Assembly: GCF_004010195.1 (NCBI RefSeq) | Contig: NC_057752.1 | Coordinates: forward strand, 15,972,990-16,008,106 | Reading direction: 5' to 3' | Source: Chiloscyllium plagiosum | Taxonomy: Eukaryota | Length of the DNA: 35,117 nt | Shown here: in pieces, positions 33,990 through 35,117 of the stretch | How the letters are laid out: every line of letters begins with the position of its first letter | Position numbering within the stretch: the first letter of the stretch is position 1 | Program-made: the position numbers and the translations under genes | Notes under the pieces: generated by a model | Seen by the model: the letters and a program-made list of their open reading frames with translations, nothing else | Told to the model about the DNA's origin: nothing | The model's database searches: none

Positions 33990-35117
33990 TGCAAGACACT
34001 TGTTTGACGTCATCTGGAGTACTGTGTGCTGTTCGGGATGCCACACTATAGGAAGGATGCAAAATCATTGGAGACAGTGCAGAAAAGGTTTGCAAGAATG
34101 GTACCATGAATGAGAAATTTCAGTTGTGAGGATTTACTGAAGAGGCGAGGGACTGTACGCTTTGAAGAGAAGAAGGTTAAGAGGATTTTTCAAACTCATG
34201 AGAGGGTTTGATATGGTGGGTAGTGAGAAACTGTTCCCAAATGTAAGAGGATTGAGAACAAGAGGACTCAAATTGAAACTGATTACCAAACTAGTATTTG
34301 ATGCTATGGTAAGGGAGGCTATATCAGGGCAGTACAAAGTTTTGATTAGGCCAGAGCTGGAATATTGTGTGCAGCTCTGGTCACCGCACTACAGAAAGAA
34401 TGTGATTGCATTGGAAGGGGTGCTGAGGAAATTCACGAGAATGTTGCCTGGGATGGAGACTGTTAGCTATGAAGACAGGCTGAATAGGCTCAGGTTGGTT
34501 TCTATGGAGCAGAGAAAGCTGAGAGAGCATCTGATTGAGATGTATTAGGTTATGAGGGTCAATGACAGAGTGGATAGGAAGCAGCTGTTCCTCTTGGTTG
34601 AGGGATCAGTAAGGAGGGGACATAACTTTAGGGTGAAGGATAGGAAGTTTAAATTTGAAGAAATATTTTTTCACCCAGAGAGTGGTGAGAATCTGAAATA
34701 TAATATCTGGGAGGGTGGTAGAGGCAGGAAACCACATAACCTTTTAAAGAAATATTTGGATGACACTTGAAATGTCATAAAATTCAGGGTTATGGGCAAA
34801 GTGCTGGAAAGTGGGATTAGTCTACATAGGTCATTGTAGACTCAATGGGCTGAAGGGCCTTTCTCTCCTGTATGACTCTATGATATGTGATAAAGGTATT
34901 TCAGTACAATGAGTGGTTAAGGTCTAGAATGTATTGTGTGGAAGTGCGGTGGAGACAGTCAATTGAGCCATTCTATTGGGAATTAGAGGATTAATTGGGT
35001 AGAAATAATGCGCAAGGGTGTGGATAAAAGGCAGGAGAAGGACACTAACTCATAATGTTCATTTCAAGAGCTGGTGCAAACAAGATGGACCGAATGGTCT
35101 CCTTTGGGCTATAAAAC
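33990..35117 (+). mobile_element. Nested old CR1 3' fragments
   Basis: ORFs 34162-34548 (YKVLIRPELEYCVQLWSPHYRK) and 34552-34770; tail tatgactctatga near 34871. Confidence 0.75.

Noticed and set aside
33..34770. Most ORFs in the six-frame track as independent genes
   Set aside because: They are chance frames or translations of SINE, CR1 or PLE fragments; similar peptides recur wherever the repeat recurs
1..35117. CRISPR array or prokaryotic system
   Set aside because: No regularly spaced repeats and no operon-like gene density; the sequence is vertebrate intron/exon DNA

Overview
Eukaryotic (cartilaginous fish, most likely a shark, judged from its HE1-type SINEs and CR1/Penelope repeats) genomic window. 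It holds seven GT-AG coding exons on the + strand (817-16629) that splice in frame into the signal peptide, PA domain, transmembrane helix and juxtamembrane region of a PA-TM-RING E3 ubiquitin ligase, most like RNF167. The RING exons were not found, so the next intron is probably longer than 18 kb. The rest is intronic and dense with retroelements: HE1 and other tRNA-derived SINEs, CR1, Rex1/Babar-like, RTE and Tx1/L1-like LINE fragments, and Penelope-like elements (PLEs). The most notable signal is a set of minimal type-I hammerhead ribozyme motifs (CUGAUGA...GAAA, palindromic stem III) in at least three distinct PLE-related families. One is a TSD-flanked fold-back insertion with an intact antisense and a core-mutated sense ribozyme. 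Another is a 121-bp TSD-flanked mini-element. All calls were made by eye and no searches were run. Repeat boundaries are approximate.
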